In this document: piece by piece, positions 40,034-51,406 of the stretch | Position numbering within the stretch: position 1 is the first letter of the stretch | Layout of the letters: each line of letters begins with the position of its first letter | Assembly (NCBI GenBank): GCA_963766155.1 | Contig: CAVYAJ010000040.1 | Location: forward strand, 12,463-76,462 | Source of the DNA: an uncultured Actinomycetes bacterium | GTDB taxonomy: Bacteria > Actinomycetota > Thermoleophilia > Gaiellales > Gaiellaceae | DNA: 64,000 nt | Direction: 5' to 3' | Made by a program: the position numbers and the translations under genes | The notes under the pieces: model-generated | The model's input: the letters and a program-made list of their open reading frames with translations, nothing else | What the model was told of the DNA's origin: nothing | The model's database searches: none

Positions 40034-41277
40034 CCGATTCCTCGAACCGCAGACCCTGGTGGTGGAGCTGGTGGCCGAGCTTCTCGCGCTTCGTCTCCAG
40101 ATAGCGGCGGTTCTCGGCGTTGGGCGAGACCTCGATCGGCACCTGCTCGACCACGGTGAGGCCGAAGCCCTCGATGCCGGTCATCTTCTTCGGGTTGTTC
40201 GTGAGGATGCGGATGGTCGTCAGGCCCAGGTCGGACAGGATCTGGCTGCCGATGCCGTATTCGCGCAGGTCTGCGGCGAAGCCGAGCTCGAGGTTGGCCT
40301 CGACGGTGTCGAGCCCCGCCTCCTGCAGCTCGTAGGCCTTCAGCTTGTTGAGGAGGCCGATGCCCCTCCCCTCCTGCGCCATGTAGAGGAGGACGCCGCG
40401 CGGCTCGGCGGAGATGCGCTCGAGCGCGAGCTCGAGCTGCTCGCCGCAGTCGCAGCGAAGCGAGTGGAAGACGTCGCCGGTCAGGCACTCGGAGTGAACC
40501 CGGACGAGCACGTTCTCCTCGCCCTCGACGTCGCCCTTCACGAGCGCGACGTGGTGCTTGCCCGTGAGGGTCTCGCGGAAGGCGACGGCCATGAAGTCTC
40601 CGTACGCCGTCGGGAGCCGCACCGAGGTCATCCGCTCGACGAGCTTCTCCGTCTGGCGGCGGTACTCGATCAGGTCCTCGACCGTGATCATCTTGATCTC
40701 GTGCTGCTCGCAGTAAGGGATCAGGTCGGGGACGCGGGCCATCGTCCCGTCCTCGCGCATGATCTCGCAGACGACTCCGGCCGGGTTGAGGCCGGCGAGA
40801 CGGGCGAGGTCGACGGCGGCCTCGGTCTGGCCGGCGCGCTGGAGGACGCCTCCGCGCCGCGCACGCAGCGGGAAGATGTGCCCGGGCTGGACGAGGTCGG
40901 CGGGCCCCTTGCTCGAGTCGATGGCGACCTGGATCGTGCGCGCGCGGTCGGGCGCCGAGATGCCCGTGGTGACTCCCTCGCGCGCCTCGATGGAGATCGT
41001 GAACGCGGTGCCGAACGGCGTCTCGTTCCGGTCGGTCATCTGCCGCAGGTCGAGCTCCTCGCACCGCTCCTCGGTGAGGCACAGGCAGACGAGGCCGCGC
41101 CCGTGCGTCGCCATGAAGTTGATCGCGTCCGGTGTGGCGAACTGCGGCGGCGATCGTGAGGTCGCCCTCGTTCTCGCGGTCGGCCGCATCCACGACCACG
41201 ACGAACTTGCCCTCGCGGATGTCCTCGAGAGCGGCCTCGATGGTTGCGAACGGCGTGGTCTCGACCTTCACAGTCAA
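40026..41277 (-). CDS. ribBA: Bifunctional 3,4-dihydroxy-2-butanone-4-phosphate synthase / GTP cyclohydrolase II; frame break near 41140
   Basis: Contains [37 protein letters not shown] and EGRGIGL. Confidence 0.9.
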
Positions 41278-41693
41278 ATCGTAACGCTCAGCGCCGACGG
41301 CTCCCAGACTAGCTCCGCGACCTCGAGGCGGATGTCGTTGCGGCGGGCCTCGCCGGCGAGGACGCAGATCGCGTCGTTCAGCCGCGCGTAGCGCTCGGAG
41401 CCGGTGTTGTGGACGATGGTCCCCGTCACCTCCCGCCCGTATTTGCTCTTGCGGGCGAGCCCCTGCAGGTGGAAGGCCAGGAGCGCGCCGTCGTCGGTCT
41501 CGATGACGCCGTGGAAGTCGGGCACGTAGACGTCGTCGCTTCGGAGCCGCGCGTGGTTGAGCCCGCGGAACCGGCCGGTCACCTGTCCCTCGACCCGCCC
41601 TTCCCCGAAGAAAAGCCCGAGCGTGTCCGGGCCACGGGAGAGGTAGTGCTCCGGGTAGGCGAAGTTGATCCGGTAGAGCGGCTCGAGCCTCAC
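41274..41693 (-). CDS. Hypothetical small protein, DUF3237-like pattern, inserted between ribE and ribBA
   Basis: GTG 41693 overlaps the restored ribE stop as [19 protein letters not shown]...[47 protein letters not shown] resembles the G.v.G.v.pgG.D......dg....d.r..leTdDGa.i pattern of DUF3237 beta-barrel proteins (recalled from memory). Confidence 0.5.
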   Translation of the reverse strand: MRLEPLYRINFAYPEHYLSRGPDTLGLFFGEGRVEGQVTGRFRGLNHARLRSDDVYVPDFHGVIETDDGALLAFHLQGLARKSKYGREVTGTIVHNTGSERYARLNDAICVLAGEARRNDIRLEVAELVWEPSALSVTI

Positions 41694-42266
41694 CGCGCTG
41701 CGAGCCTCTCGACGTACTTCGCGACCACGTCCACCTCGAGATTCACGTCGTCGCCTTCGGCGACGCTCCCCGAGTGTGGTCACCTCACGCGTGTGCGGGA
41801 TGAGCGCCACCGTGAACGAGCTCTCGCCGAGGCCGGCGATCGTCAGGCTCACTCCCTCGACCGCAATGGAGCCCTTCTCGACGCAGTAGCGAAGCACGTC
41901 CTGGGGCGCCTCGACTTCGATCCCCTCGTCGTCTACCCTGCGGATCCGGCCGACCCCGTCCACGTGCCCCTGGACGATGTGCCCGCCGAGCGGGTCGCCT
42001 GCGCGTAGCGCGGGCTCGACGTTGACGCCGCCGCCGGTCTCGAGACGGCCGAGCGTGGAGCGGCGAAGCGTCTCCGGCACCGCGTCGAACGCCACCGACC
42101 GTTCTCGACCTCGACCGCGGTCAGGCACACCCCCGCGAGCGAGACCGAGTCTCCTACGGCTGCGCGCGGCTGCGGTCTCCGGCGCGCGGACGACGAGGCG
42201 AACGGATTCGCCGCGTTCCTCGACGGCCTCGACGCGACCGACCTCGCGCACGATCCCGGTGAACAC
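41690..42266 (-). CDS. ribE: Riboflavin synthase (alpha chain); frame breaks near 42160, 42095 and 41770
   Basis: Contains [22 protein letters not shown] (shifted frame), [13 protein letters not shown] and GVSLTIA. The C-terminus [20 protein letters not shown] lies in a shifted frame, ending at TGA 41690-41692. Confidence 0.85.
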
Positions 42267-42276
42267 GGCCTGAACT

Positions 42277-43234
42277 CTAGGGCTCGCGGATGTATCCGGT
42301 CAGGAGGAGGTCGTCTCCGACCCGCTCGGCCTCGAGCCCGGCGAGGGAGAGCGAGGCGCCCAGCTCGTCCACCCAGCGCGGGCCCGAGCCCGCGAGCGTC
42401 GGAGCGACGAAGAGGAGCAGCTTGTCTACGAGCCCCTCGCGAAGGAACGAGCTTGCGAGGGTCTGGACCGCCTTCGAGGAGGAGCGACTTGTACGCCTTC
42501 GTCGGCCAGCCGCGTCAGCGTTTCGTCCAGCGGGCCCGACACGAGCTCGAGCTCCGAGCCTTGGTGAGAGGCCCCCGTCCGAACGCGAGCCTGCGTGGCT
42601 GGCGCGCGGCCTCCAAGTCGCGGGCGTCGAGCCGAGGCGAATCGGCGCGCACAGTGCCCATCCCGACCGCGACTGCATCCGAAGCGGCGCGGAGCCCGTG
42701 CACGCGGCGGCGGCTCTCCTCGCCAGTCACCCAACGGGACTCGGGGACCACGACGCGCCCGTCCAGCGTGACGGCCGCCTTGTAGGTGACGAACGGGCGG
42801 CCGGCGGCGATCCAGGTCCGCCAGGCCTCGTTCTGGCGGCGCGCGAGGCGGCCGGGCTCGCCGTCCAGGAGCTCGACGTCCACTCCCGCCTGGCGCAGAC
42901 GTGCGAAACCCTGGCCGTCCGTCTTCGGATTGGGGTCCGGCGCACCCACGACGACGCGGGCGACTCCGGCGGCGACGATGGCATCCACGCAGGGAGGCGT
43001 TCGCCCGTAATGGGCGCAGGGCTCGAGCGTGACGTACAGCGTCGCGCCCCGCGCCCGCTCGCCTGCGGCCTCGAGCGCGACGACTTCGGCGTGCGCGCCT
43101 CCCGCCCGCTCGTGCCACCCCTCCCCTACGACCTCGTCGCCGGCGACCACCACGGCTCCGACGACGGGATTCGGGTGCGTCTCGCCGCGTCCGCGCTCGG
43201 CCAGCTCGAGTGCGCGCTCAAACGGCTTCGGCAA
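42277..43234 (-). CDS. ribD: Bifunctional diaminohydroxyphosphoribosylaminopyrimidine deaminase / 5-amino-6-(5-phosphoribosylamino)uracil reductase; frame breaks near 42570 and 42480
   Basis: Contains NPVVGAVVV, HAEVVAL, TLEPCAHYGRTPPC and TYKAAVTLDG. C-terminal DKLLLFVAPTLAG. Confidence 0.9.
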
Positions 43235-43904
43235 AGGCCTTCACGAGCTGCCGGTAGGCCCGCGGATAATCCTCCCGGCCGAAGATCGCGCTGCCCACGA
43301 CCGCGGCCTGCGCACCGGCCCGCCTGATCTCGCCGATGTTCGCCTCCCCGACGCCGCCGTCCACCTGCACGAAGAGGTTCTGGTGCAGCTGATCCCGGAG
43401 CGCTGCGATGCGCTCCAGGCTCTCCGGCATGAACTCCTGTCCCGAATAGCCGGGATGAATGCTCATGCAGAGGACGAGGTCGGCGCCGATCGAGGCCCCG
43501 ACGGCATCCTCGACGCTCGTCTCCGGATTGAATGCGACACCGACGCCGAGCCCGAGGTCGCGCGCGAGCTTGATCGCCTTCCAGGGCTCCTCGCAGGCCT
43601 CGACATGGAACGTGACGCTGTCGCCGCCCGCCTTCTTGATCATCTCGAAGTGGTGCTCCGGGTTGCTGACCATGAGGTGGCAGTCGACGACACCCTCGAA
43701 CTTGTGGATCAGCGGCGAGATCGCCTGGAGGACGATCGGCCCCATCGTCACCGGCTCGACGAAGTGGCCGTCGCCGACGTCGAAATGAAACACTCGGGCT
43801 CCTGCGCCGATCAGGTGGTCGATCTGCTCGCCGAGCCGAAGGAAATCAGCCGCGTAGAGCGAGGGCTCGATCTCGATCTCGCGCACCCAGCGTTTCCAGG
43901 ACAT
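43218..43904 (-). CDS. rpe: Ribulose-phosphate 3-epimerase
   Basis: Intact. Contains PSLYAADFLRLGE, HFDVGDGHFV, DCHLMV, MSIHPGYSGQ and QVDGGV. Confidence 0.95.
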   Translation of the reverse strand: MSWKRWVREIEIEPSLYAADFLRLGEQIDHLIGAGARVFHFDVGDGHFVEPVTMGPIVLQAISPLIHKFEGVVDCHLMVSNPEHHFEMIKKAGGDSVTFHVEACEEPWKAIKLARDLGLGVGVAFNPETSVEDAVGASIGADLVLCMSIHPGYSGQEFMPESLERIAALRDQLHQNLFVQVDGGVGEANIGEIRRAGAQAAVVGSAIFGREDYPRAYRQLVKAFAEAV

Positions 43905-43913
43905 GGGGAAATC

Positions 43914-45037
43914 CTACGGACGCCGCAGGCGGGCGACGAAGAACCCCGATGTCCCGTGCACGTGCGGCATGGTGAGCAGGAGCTCGGGGCGCCGGGGATG
44001 GCGGAACTCCGGGAACTCGGCGCCGAGGTCGTCGACCGGTAGCTGGAGGGCGTCGACCACGTCCTCGTTCTCGGTCCGGGTGATCGTGCACACGGAATAC
44101 GTGATCGACCCGCCCGGCCGCGTGCGCTCGGCGGCGACCCGCATCAGATCGAGCTGAAGCTCGGGAAGCGGGCGAGCCCGCCAGCGCAGATCGGGACGCG
44201 AGTTGAGGACGCCGAGGCCCGAGCAGGGCGCGTCCACGAGCACGCGGTCGAAACCGTCGAGCTCGGCGGGGAGCTCCAGGGCGTCGGCGTTCACGACGGT
44301 GAGAGCGGCTCCGAGCCGTGCAGCGTTCTCCTCGAGTTCGCGCGCCCTGCCCGGGTGCTTCTCGACGGCGACGACCTCCGCTCCCGCGGCCGCGAGCTGC
44401 GTCGCCTTCCCGCCGGGAGCGGCGCAGAGGTCGAGGACGCGCTCTCCCGGCTGCGCACCGACCGCGTTCCCGGCGAGCTGCGAGCCGCGGCTCTGGGGCC
44501 ATGGCTCTTTGAGACCTCCGGTCGGCTCGCGCAGGACGCGCTCCGGCGGCTCGTTCTGCGCGCGCATCAGGGAGAGGGCGTCCTCGGCGCCCCATTCCCG
44601 CCACCACGTCTCGGCGATCCAGTCGGGATACGAGTGCTTGAGCGCCGCCTCCTGCGGCGTCGACTCGGGGAGCCCAGCGAGGAGCTCGCCAATTCCCTCT
44701 CCCAGCCTCCGCATGACGGCGTTCGTGAACGCGACGGCGCGCTCGAGTCCTGCGGCACGCACGAGCTCGACGCTTTCGTTCGCGGCCGCGTGAGGCGGGA
44801 CCGAGTCGAGGTAGCCGAGCTGGTAGGCGCCGAGGCGCAGCGCCGCGCGGACAGGAGGATCGAGCTTCCGCACGGGCCGGCGGCCGAGCGTCTCGATCGC
44901 GTGGTCGAGCGTACGCACGCGCTGCACTGTTCCGTAGGCGACCTGCATTGCGAAGGCCCGGTCGCGCTCGTCGAGGGTCTCCGCGAGGGGCGGAAGGCGC
45001 GGTCCGCGTAGGCGTCCTCCTCGAAGACCCGCCGCAC
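43914..45037 (-). CDS. rsmB: 16S rRNA (cytosine967-C5)-methyltransferase RsmB/Sun; frame break near 44960; start uncertain
   Basis: NusB-like N-terminus RRVFEEDAYADRAF. Contains LDLCAAPGGKAT, DRVLVDAPCSGLG, YSVCT and GFFVARL. Confidence 0.85.
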
Positions 45038-45063
45038 GACCTCGTATGCGACGGAACGACTGC

Positions 45064-45874
45064 TCAGCGTCGTCCGCGGAGGTACTCCTCCGCGCTCATG
45101 CGCTTGCCGCCCTCACGCTGCACCTCGAGGAGCTCGAGCCCGTCTGCGACGAGAAGCGAGTCCTCGCGGGCGGGGCGTGCCTTCCAGACGAGCAGGCGCC
45201 GCCCATCGACGAGTCCACGGGCGCCGATGTGCGGTGAAAGCGCGCGGATCTGGTTGATGAGCTCTTCGGTCGGCTTCGTCCAGTCGAGCTCGCGGTCTGC
45301 CGCGACCAGCTTCTCGGCGTAAGTGGCCCCGTCGGGCTGCGGGACGAACGTGGGCTCCGCGAAGACCTCGCCGAGGAGGTCGACGGCAAGCGCCGCGGCC
45401 CTCTCGATCACCACCGCGGTGTCGTCCTCCGGCCCGATGGGGAACCGGCGCTGCGCGGCAATCGGCCCCGCGTCGAGGCTCGGCGGTGGTCTTGTGGATC
45501 GTGACGCCGGTCTCGCGGTCGCCGGCCATGATGGCGCGCTCGACGGGCGCGGCTCCGCGCCAGCGCGGCAGAAGCGACGGATGCACGTTCAGCCAGAGGC
45601 GCTCGCCGAGGAGCTTCTCCGGAATGAGCACCCCGTAGCCGGCGACGACCACAACGCGCGCGTCGCCGGGGAAGGCGCCGAGCTTCTCCGGCTGCTGTAC
45701 GGGGATCTCAAGACGCTTCGCGACCTCTTTGGCCGGCGGCGCGGCCTTCTTTCGCCCTCGGCCCTGGGGCTTGTCTGGGCGCGTGAGGAGGAACTCGATG
45801 TCGTAGCTCCGGTTGGCCATCCCTTCGAGCACGGCCGCACCGAACGGCGCGGTGGCCGCAACGGCAATTTTCAT
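45064..45874 (-). CDS. fmt: Methionyl-tRNA formyltransferase; frame break near 45470
   Basis: MKIAVAATAPFG start. Contains NVHPSLLPRWRGAAPVERAI. The C-terminal domain lies in the 45064..45414 frame. Confidence 0.9.
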
Positions 45875-45879
45875 GACGC

Positions 45880-46459
45880 TTACGTCGGTCCGAGGACAGG
45901 CTGTGGCCGCAGCTTGGCCAGGGCCTCTCGCCGCTGCTCGGGAGACGTCCGGTCGATGATCGAGGACTCCGTCGAGGTGGTCGAGCTCGTGCTGGATCAC
46001 GCGCGCCTCGAGGCCCTCGGCCTCGATCCTGAGCTCTTCGCCTTCGGGCGACGTCGCCTCGACGACGATCGTGGTCGGGCGCTCGACCTCGACGATCACG
46101 GTGGCGGCGCCGAGCGACAGGCAGCCCTCGTCGTCAGCGACCTGCTCGCCGCCGGTCTCGACCACGCGCGGGTTGACGAGCGCCATGAAAGGCTCCTCCT
46201 CGCCCGCCTGGTAGACCAAAACGCGGCGCAGGATCCCGAGCTGCGGGGCCGCAAGGCCGACGCCGCGCGCCTCCGACATGAGCCCCTTCATGCGCTCGAC
46301 GAGGCCGGTGACGGAGTCGTCGATCTCCTCGACGTCATTGGCCTTCATGCGCAGGACGGGGTCCGGGTACTGGCGCACCTGGGCCAGAGCAAGCCGACGC
46401 CGAGCTTCACGCTCGGCGTCGAGCTCTTCGTTTCGGACTTGGCCCTCTACTTCGCCCAT
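45880..46459 (-). CDS. def: Peptide deformylase; frame break near 45955
   Basis: Contains GVGLAAPQLG, EGCLS and HELDHLDG. The restored C-terminus IIDRTSPEQRREALAKLRPQP ends at TAA 45880-45882. Confidence 0.9.
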
Positions 46460-46494
46460 TTCCGGGGCAATTCTAACGAGGGCGAACCGTTGTT

Positions 46495-46749
46495 CTATAT
46501 GCGGTTTGTCGCAGTCCGCGGGCCGACCATTCGCGACCAGAGAGCGACGAGAACGACCGCCACGATGACCGCGAGGATGAAGCCGAGTATGCCTCCGCCG
46601 ACCAGCCAGCCGACGAGAAGCGCGGATGCGATACCGATTGCCATCGTCATGAGGATCCCCATCGAGTCGACGCCCGGGTGGAAAAGGCGCCCGAGCGCGC
46701 CGACGATGAGCCCCACGATGATCAGACCGATGATTTCTCCTAGTCCCAT
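46495..46749 (-). CDS. GlsB/YeaQ/YmgE family small membrane protein
   Basis: MGLGEIIGLIIVGLIVGALGRLF...GILMTMAIGIASALLVGWLVGG. 84 aa, Gly-rich TM helices. Confidence 0.75.
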   Translation of the reverse strand: MGLGEIIGLIIVGLIVGALGRLFHPGVDSMGILMTMAIGIASALLVGWLVGGGILGFILAVIVAVVLVALWSRMVGPRTATNRI

Positions 46750-48712
46750 GCGGCCATGATTCCCCGGCGAAACGCGCGGAAACTCGGCGAGTCCCTGCGG
46801 ATCGACGTCGACGGACGCCGTCAGCGATTCCCGCCGCATCGCCGGAGCCGCCGCAGCGAGGAGCCGGGCTGCGCGCGAGGCCACCGGCCGTGGATTCGCC
46901 GTCTTGACGAGGAGCTGCGCCCTGCTCCGGTTTCGAAGACGGAGGAGCGGAGCCGGGCCCAGCAGGTCTCCGTCAGCGCCCTCGAGGCCGGCACGGAGCT
47001 CGGTGAGCAGCGCGCTGGGGCCGTTCACCCCCGGGCCGGAGACGACGATGCGCACGAGGTGGCGGAAAGGCGGATAGCCGAGCTCGCGCCGTCGGTCGAT
47101 CTCCCCGGCCAGGAACTCGTCGACCGCATGCCGGGCCGCCAGGGAGATCGGGCGCGAGTCGGGCTGATACGTCTGGACGAGCACGCGGCCGGGTGCGTCG
47201 CGCCCGCTTCGTCCCGCGAGCTGGGTGACGAGCTGGAACGTGCGCTCCTCGGCGCGGAAGTCGGGCAGCGCCATGCCCGTGTCGGCGTCCACGACCGCTG
47301 CGAGGGCGACGCCCTCGAAGTGATGGCCCTTCGCGACCATCTGCGTGCCGAGGAGCACTGCCCTGTCCGGTCTCGGCGAACCTCGCCAGCCGATCCGCCA
47401 GCTCGGCCGGGTTCGCGGCAACGTCCGCGTCGAGGCGGATGAGCTCGAGCCCGGGAAGTCGTTCCGCCAGCTCCTCTTCGAGCCGCTCCGTCCCGGCGCC
47501 GAGCCGGGCGAGCTCCGCGGCCCCGCAGGTAGGACAGAGGGTGGGGCTCGGCTCCCGCCGTCCGCAGTGGTGGCAGTGGAGCGCGCCGTCCCCGTGCAGC
47601 GTGAGTGCGACGTCGCAGCTCGGACAGCGAACGGTCGCCCCGCACGCGCGGCAGTGAAGGGCCGGCGCGATCCCGCGCCGGTTCAGGAGGAGGATCGCCT
47701 TGCCGCCTCCGTCCGAGATCGCGCCCAGCTCCTCGAGGAGCGGCGCGGAGAGCGGATACCCGGCCTCGCGGCGGAGATCCACGACCTGGACGTGCGGCAG
47801 CCGCCGGCCGAGCCGTCCACCCAGCTCGAGCCGCTCGAGCCGTTCCCAGCTCTCCGGTCGCGGCGTCGCGCTTCCGTAGACGGCCACCGCGCCTTCGAGG
47901 GAGGCGCGCTTCGCCGCGACGGTGCGCGCGTCGTAGCGGGGGTCGGACTCCTGCTTGTAGGAGGCGTCGTGCTCCTCGTCGACGCAGATCAGGCCGAGTC
48001 TCTCCACCGGCGCGAAGACAGCAGACCGGGCTCCGACAACGACACGCGCCTCGCCGGACGCGATGCGCTCTCGCTCGTCGCGCCGCTCCGCGTCGGTCAT
48101 CCCCGAGTGCAGGACGGCGACCCGGCCGGGAAAGCGGGCCGTGAAGCGTCCGAGTGCCTGCGGTGTCAGCGCGATCTCGGGGACGAGGACGATCGCCCCG
48201 AGCCCCCGGGCGAGCGCCTCCTCGCAGGCACGGAGGTAGACCTCCGTTTTCCCGCTCCCGGTGGCGCCGTAGAGGAGGAAGGAGCCGCCGGTCCCGAGCG
48301 CGTCGACGATCCGCTCCAGCGCAGCCTCCTGCTCCTCGGTGAGCTGCTCGGGAGCCGCCTCCGCCGGAAGCCCCTTCGGGCCCTCGCGGCGCTTGGCGCC
48401 CTTGCGCCTGGCGCGCGCCTCAGGTGCGACGAGCGCGAGCGCGCGCGCCGGAGTCGAGCCGTAGTAGTCGGCGAGCCAGAGCGCGAGATCGACGAGCACG
48501 GGCGAAACGGAGCCGAGGACGCGCTCGACGGCAACGGGCTCGACCTCCGGCGGAGCCTCGTCCTCGAGCCCGACGACGACCCCGCGACGGTGCGCCCGTC
48601 CGAAGGGAACGGACACGACCGAGCCCTTCTCGAGCCCGTCCGCGAGGTACGTGAACGGCCGCGCGAGAGCGCGCGCGGTCACCAGCGGGTAGACCGAGGC
48701 GAAGCGGGACAC
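46750..48712 (-). CDS. priA: Primosomal protein N' (PriA helicase); frame break near 47370; 3' end undefined (no stop before the next gene)
   Basis: Contains GATGSGKTEVY and VDEEHD. Cys-rich Zn module CRACG..CPSCD..HCHHCG..CPTCG. Also LLGTQMVAKGHHF and ASVDVDPQGL. Confidence 0.85.
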
Positions 48713-48731
48713 CGGTAGGATTGTCCCTGAG

Positions 48732-49410
48732 ATGGCGGCGGGACACTCGATCGACGACTACCTCGAGACGATCTATTTCCTGGCTTTCCCCATTGGGGAA
48801 TACCATCCGGACACAAAAGGATCCCCCACCCTCGCGGTGCGCGTCGCGGACATGCTCGGCGTCTCCCGCGCCTCCGCGGGGGAGATGCTGAAGCGCCTCG
48901 AGGCCGAGGGCCTGGTCGAGCGCGGCGAGCACAAGGAGGCCATCCTCACCGCCGAAGGGCGCGCCCAGGCCGAGCGCGTCGTGCGCAGGCACCGCATCAT
49001 CGAGCGGCTCCTCACCGACTTCATGGGCTACACGCCTGCGGAGGCGCACGAGCAGGCCGATCTCCTCGGCAACACCTTCACCGACGAAATGGTCGAGCGC
49101 ATCGAGACGCAGCTCGGGAAGCCCGACCGCTGCCCGCACGGCTGGCCCGTGGACACCGACTTCGAGCAGGCGGAGAACCGGGAGCTGCAGCCGCTCTCGG
49201 ACCTCGCGGCCGGCTCGGAGGCCGAGATCGTCCGGCTCGCCGAGCACGACGGCGACCTCCTCCACTGGTACTACGACGAGGGCCTCGTGCCCGGCACGCA
49301 CATCGAGGTGCGCGAGGCCGACGGCGGCGAGCTGACGCTCAGCGTCGGCGGCGACGAGCGGCCGCTCGACGAGAAGCAGGCCGGCGGGTCTGTTCGTTCG
49401 GGCCCGCTAG
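48732..49410 (+). CDS. DtxR/IdeR/MntR family metal-dependent transcriptional regulator; frame break near 49375
   Basis: Contains DDYLETIYFL, wHTH LAVRVADMLGVSRASAGEMLKRLEAEGLV, VVRRHRIIERLL and metal-site EAHEQAD. C-terminal FeoA/SH3-like AEIVRLAEHDGDLLHWYYDEGLVPG. The restored end is GLFVRAR-TAG. Confidence 0.8.
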
Positions 49411-50129
49411 CCCGTTTCGTCCTCGAAGACGACGTTCACCGTCGTGAACCCGAGCGCGCGCAGGAGGCTCGAAAGCATCAGGCGCGTGTTCTCACGGGCG
49501 CGCGCGATCAGGCCGGAGCCCTGCTGTGCCGCTGCGTTCATCTTCTGCACCGCGAGGACGTTCAGCTGCTGCTGGTCGTGGTCGTTCGAGGAGAAGATGT
49601 CGCCGATCTTGTTCAGCGCGCCCTCGTTCTGGTCGTAGATGTAGCTCCGCGTCGGGTCGATGCGCGCCTGTGAGAGCGTCGGCCGCGGCAACGTGATCGT
49701 CGCGGTCAGGCGGTCGTCCGAAACGTCGACGGAGTCGTCGTCCACGTTCGAGAAGTCGACGCTCGCGTCGACCGACCCGTAGGCGATGTAGAGCGTCCGC
49801 GAGCCGAGAAGCGCGTCCGGCAGACCGCTGTCCTGGTGCAGGTCGACGACCTGCTGGAAGTTCCCGGTCGCCGCGTGGTATGCGTGCAGGTCCTGCAGCG
49901 ACTTCAGCACCGCAGGCCCGCTCCTGTCGATGGTCTGCTGCCTGAACGGGTTGTCGAAGTCCGGGAAGATCCCGCGCACCCAGCTGATTCCGAAGACCAC
50001 GGCGACGATGACGATCCCGAGGCCGATGAGGCCCCACGGAATGCCGCGTCGCGGCTCGCGCGGCGGTTCGTATTGCGGCGGTTGTGGAGGCGGCGCCTGC
50101 CGCCGCCGTTCCGGTGTCAAAACCCCCAT
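49407..50129 (-). CDS. DUF4230-like membrane-anchored protein
   Basis: Intact 240 aa. Pro-rich N-terminus, one TM (WGLIGLGIVIVAVVFGI), then LKSLQDLHAYHAATGNFQQVVD...YIAYGSVDASVDFS. Confidence 0.55.
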   Translation of the reverse strand: MGVLTPERRRQAPPPQPPQYEPPREPRRGIPWGLIGLGIVIVAVVFGISWVRGIFPDFDNPFRQQTIDRSGPAVLKSLQDLHAYHAATGNFQQVVDLHQDSGLPDALLGSRTLYIAYGSVDASVDFSNVDDDSVDVSDDRLTATITLPRPTLSQARIDPTRSYIYDQNEGALNKIGDIFSSNDHDQQQLNVLAVQKMNAAAQQGSGLIARARENTRLMLSSLLRALGFTTVNVVFEDETG

Positions 50130-50149
50130 TACACGGGGGTCCTACCCGC

Positions 50150-51394
50150 TTACGAGGCCGTAGGAACCTCCGCCGCGAGGCCCGCGGCGGCCCTGAGCGC
50201 GTCGGCGCGGTCGGTGCGCTCCCACGTGAAATCCTGCTCCTCGCGCCCGAAATGGCCATACGCGGCGGTCTGCGCGTAGATCGGCCGCCAGAGGTCGAGA
50301 TCGCGGAGGATCGCGCCCGGCCGGAGGTCGAACTGCTCGCGGACGAGCGAGGCGATGCGGTCGAGCGGGATCCGCTCGGTGCCGAAGCACTCCACCTCGA
50401 TCGACACCGGGTGCGCAACGCCGATCGCGTAGGAGACCTGGAGCTCGCAGCGCTCCGCGATCCCGGCCGCGACGACGTTCTTCGCCGCGTAGCGGGCGGC
50501 ATACGCCGCCGAGCGGTCGACCTTCGTCGGGTCCTTGCCCGAGAAGGCGCCGCCGCCGTGGCGGGCCGCGCCGCCGTACGTGTCGACGATGATCTTCCGG
50601 CCGGTGAGGCCCGTGTCCCCCATCGGCCCGCCGACGACGAACTTCCCGGTCGGGTTGACGAGGACGAAGTCGCGCTCGTCGAAGCGGCGCTCGTCGTAGA
50701 GGTCGCGCGGGAGAATCGGGTGCAGGACGTGCTCGATGAGATCGGGCTTGACGAGCGCCTCGGTGTCGAGCCCGTCGCGGTGCTGCGTCGAGAGGAGGAC
50801 ACGCACCACCTCGACCGGCCGCTGGCGCCCGTGCTCGTCGACCTCGTAGCGGATCGTCACCTGCGTCTTCCCGTCCGGCCGCAGGTACGGGAGGATCTGC
50901 GCCTTGCGCACCTCGGAGAGCCGCTTGGCGATCTTGTGCGCGAGCATGATCGGGAGCGGCATGAGCTCCTCGGTCTCGGTGCACGCGTAGCCGAACATCA
51001 TCCCCTGGTCGCCGGCGCCGAGTTGGTCGAGCGGGTCGTCGTCGCCGCGCTGCATCTCGTAGGACCTCTCGACGCCGAGCGCGATGTCGGGCGACTGCTC
51101 GTCGAGCGCGACCATGACGCCGCAGGTGTCGGCGTCGAAGCCGTACTTCGCCCGGTCGTAGCCGATGCCCTTGATCGTCTCGCGCACGAGGCGCGGAATC
51201 TCGACGTAGGTCTCCGTCGTGATCTCGCCGGCCACGACCACGAGCCCGGTCGTGACGAGGGTCTCGCACGCGACGCGCCCGTTCGGATCGTCGGTGAGGA
51301 CCGCATCGAGGATCGTGTCCGAGACCTGGTCGGCGACCTTGTCGGGGTGGCCCTCGGTCACCGACTCGGACGTGAAGAGATACTCGCGCGCCAT
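50150..51394 (-). CDS. metK: S-adenosylmethionine synthetase
   Basis: Intact 414 aa. Contains [32 protein letters not shown] and [16 protein letters not shown]. Confidence 0.97.
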   Translation of the reverse strand: MAREYLFTSESVTEGHPDKVADQVSDTILDAVLTDDPNGRVACETLVTTGLVVVAGEITTETYVEIPRLVRETIKGIGYDRAKYGFDADTCGVMVALDEQSPDIALGVERSYEMQRGDDDPLDQLGAGDQGMMFGYACTETEELMPLPIMLAHKIAKRLSEVRKAQILPYLRPDGKTQVTIRYEVDEHGRQRPVEVVRVLLSTQHRDGLDTEALVKPDLIEHVLHPILPRDLYDERRFDERDFVLVNPTGKFVVGGPMGDTGLTGRKIIVDTYGGAARHGGGAFSGKDPTKVDRSAAYAARYAAKNVVAAGIAERCELQVSYAIGVAHPVSIEVECFGTERIPLDRIASLVREQFDLRPGAILRDLDLWRPIYAQTAAYGHFGREEQDFTWERTDRADALRAAAGLAAEVPTAS

Positions 51395-51406
51395 GATCCG
51401 AAAAGG

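Noticed and set aside
43200-43260. FMN riboswitch expected upstream of the riboflavin operon
   Set aside because: The ribD start (43234) overlaps the rpe stop (43218), so there is no untranslated space. The rib genes appear fused to the upstream priA-def-fmt-rsmB-rpe string.
51395-51406. SAM riboswitch upstream of metK
   Set aside because: Only 12 nt separate metK from the upstream gene, so no leader can be accommodated.
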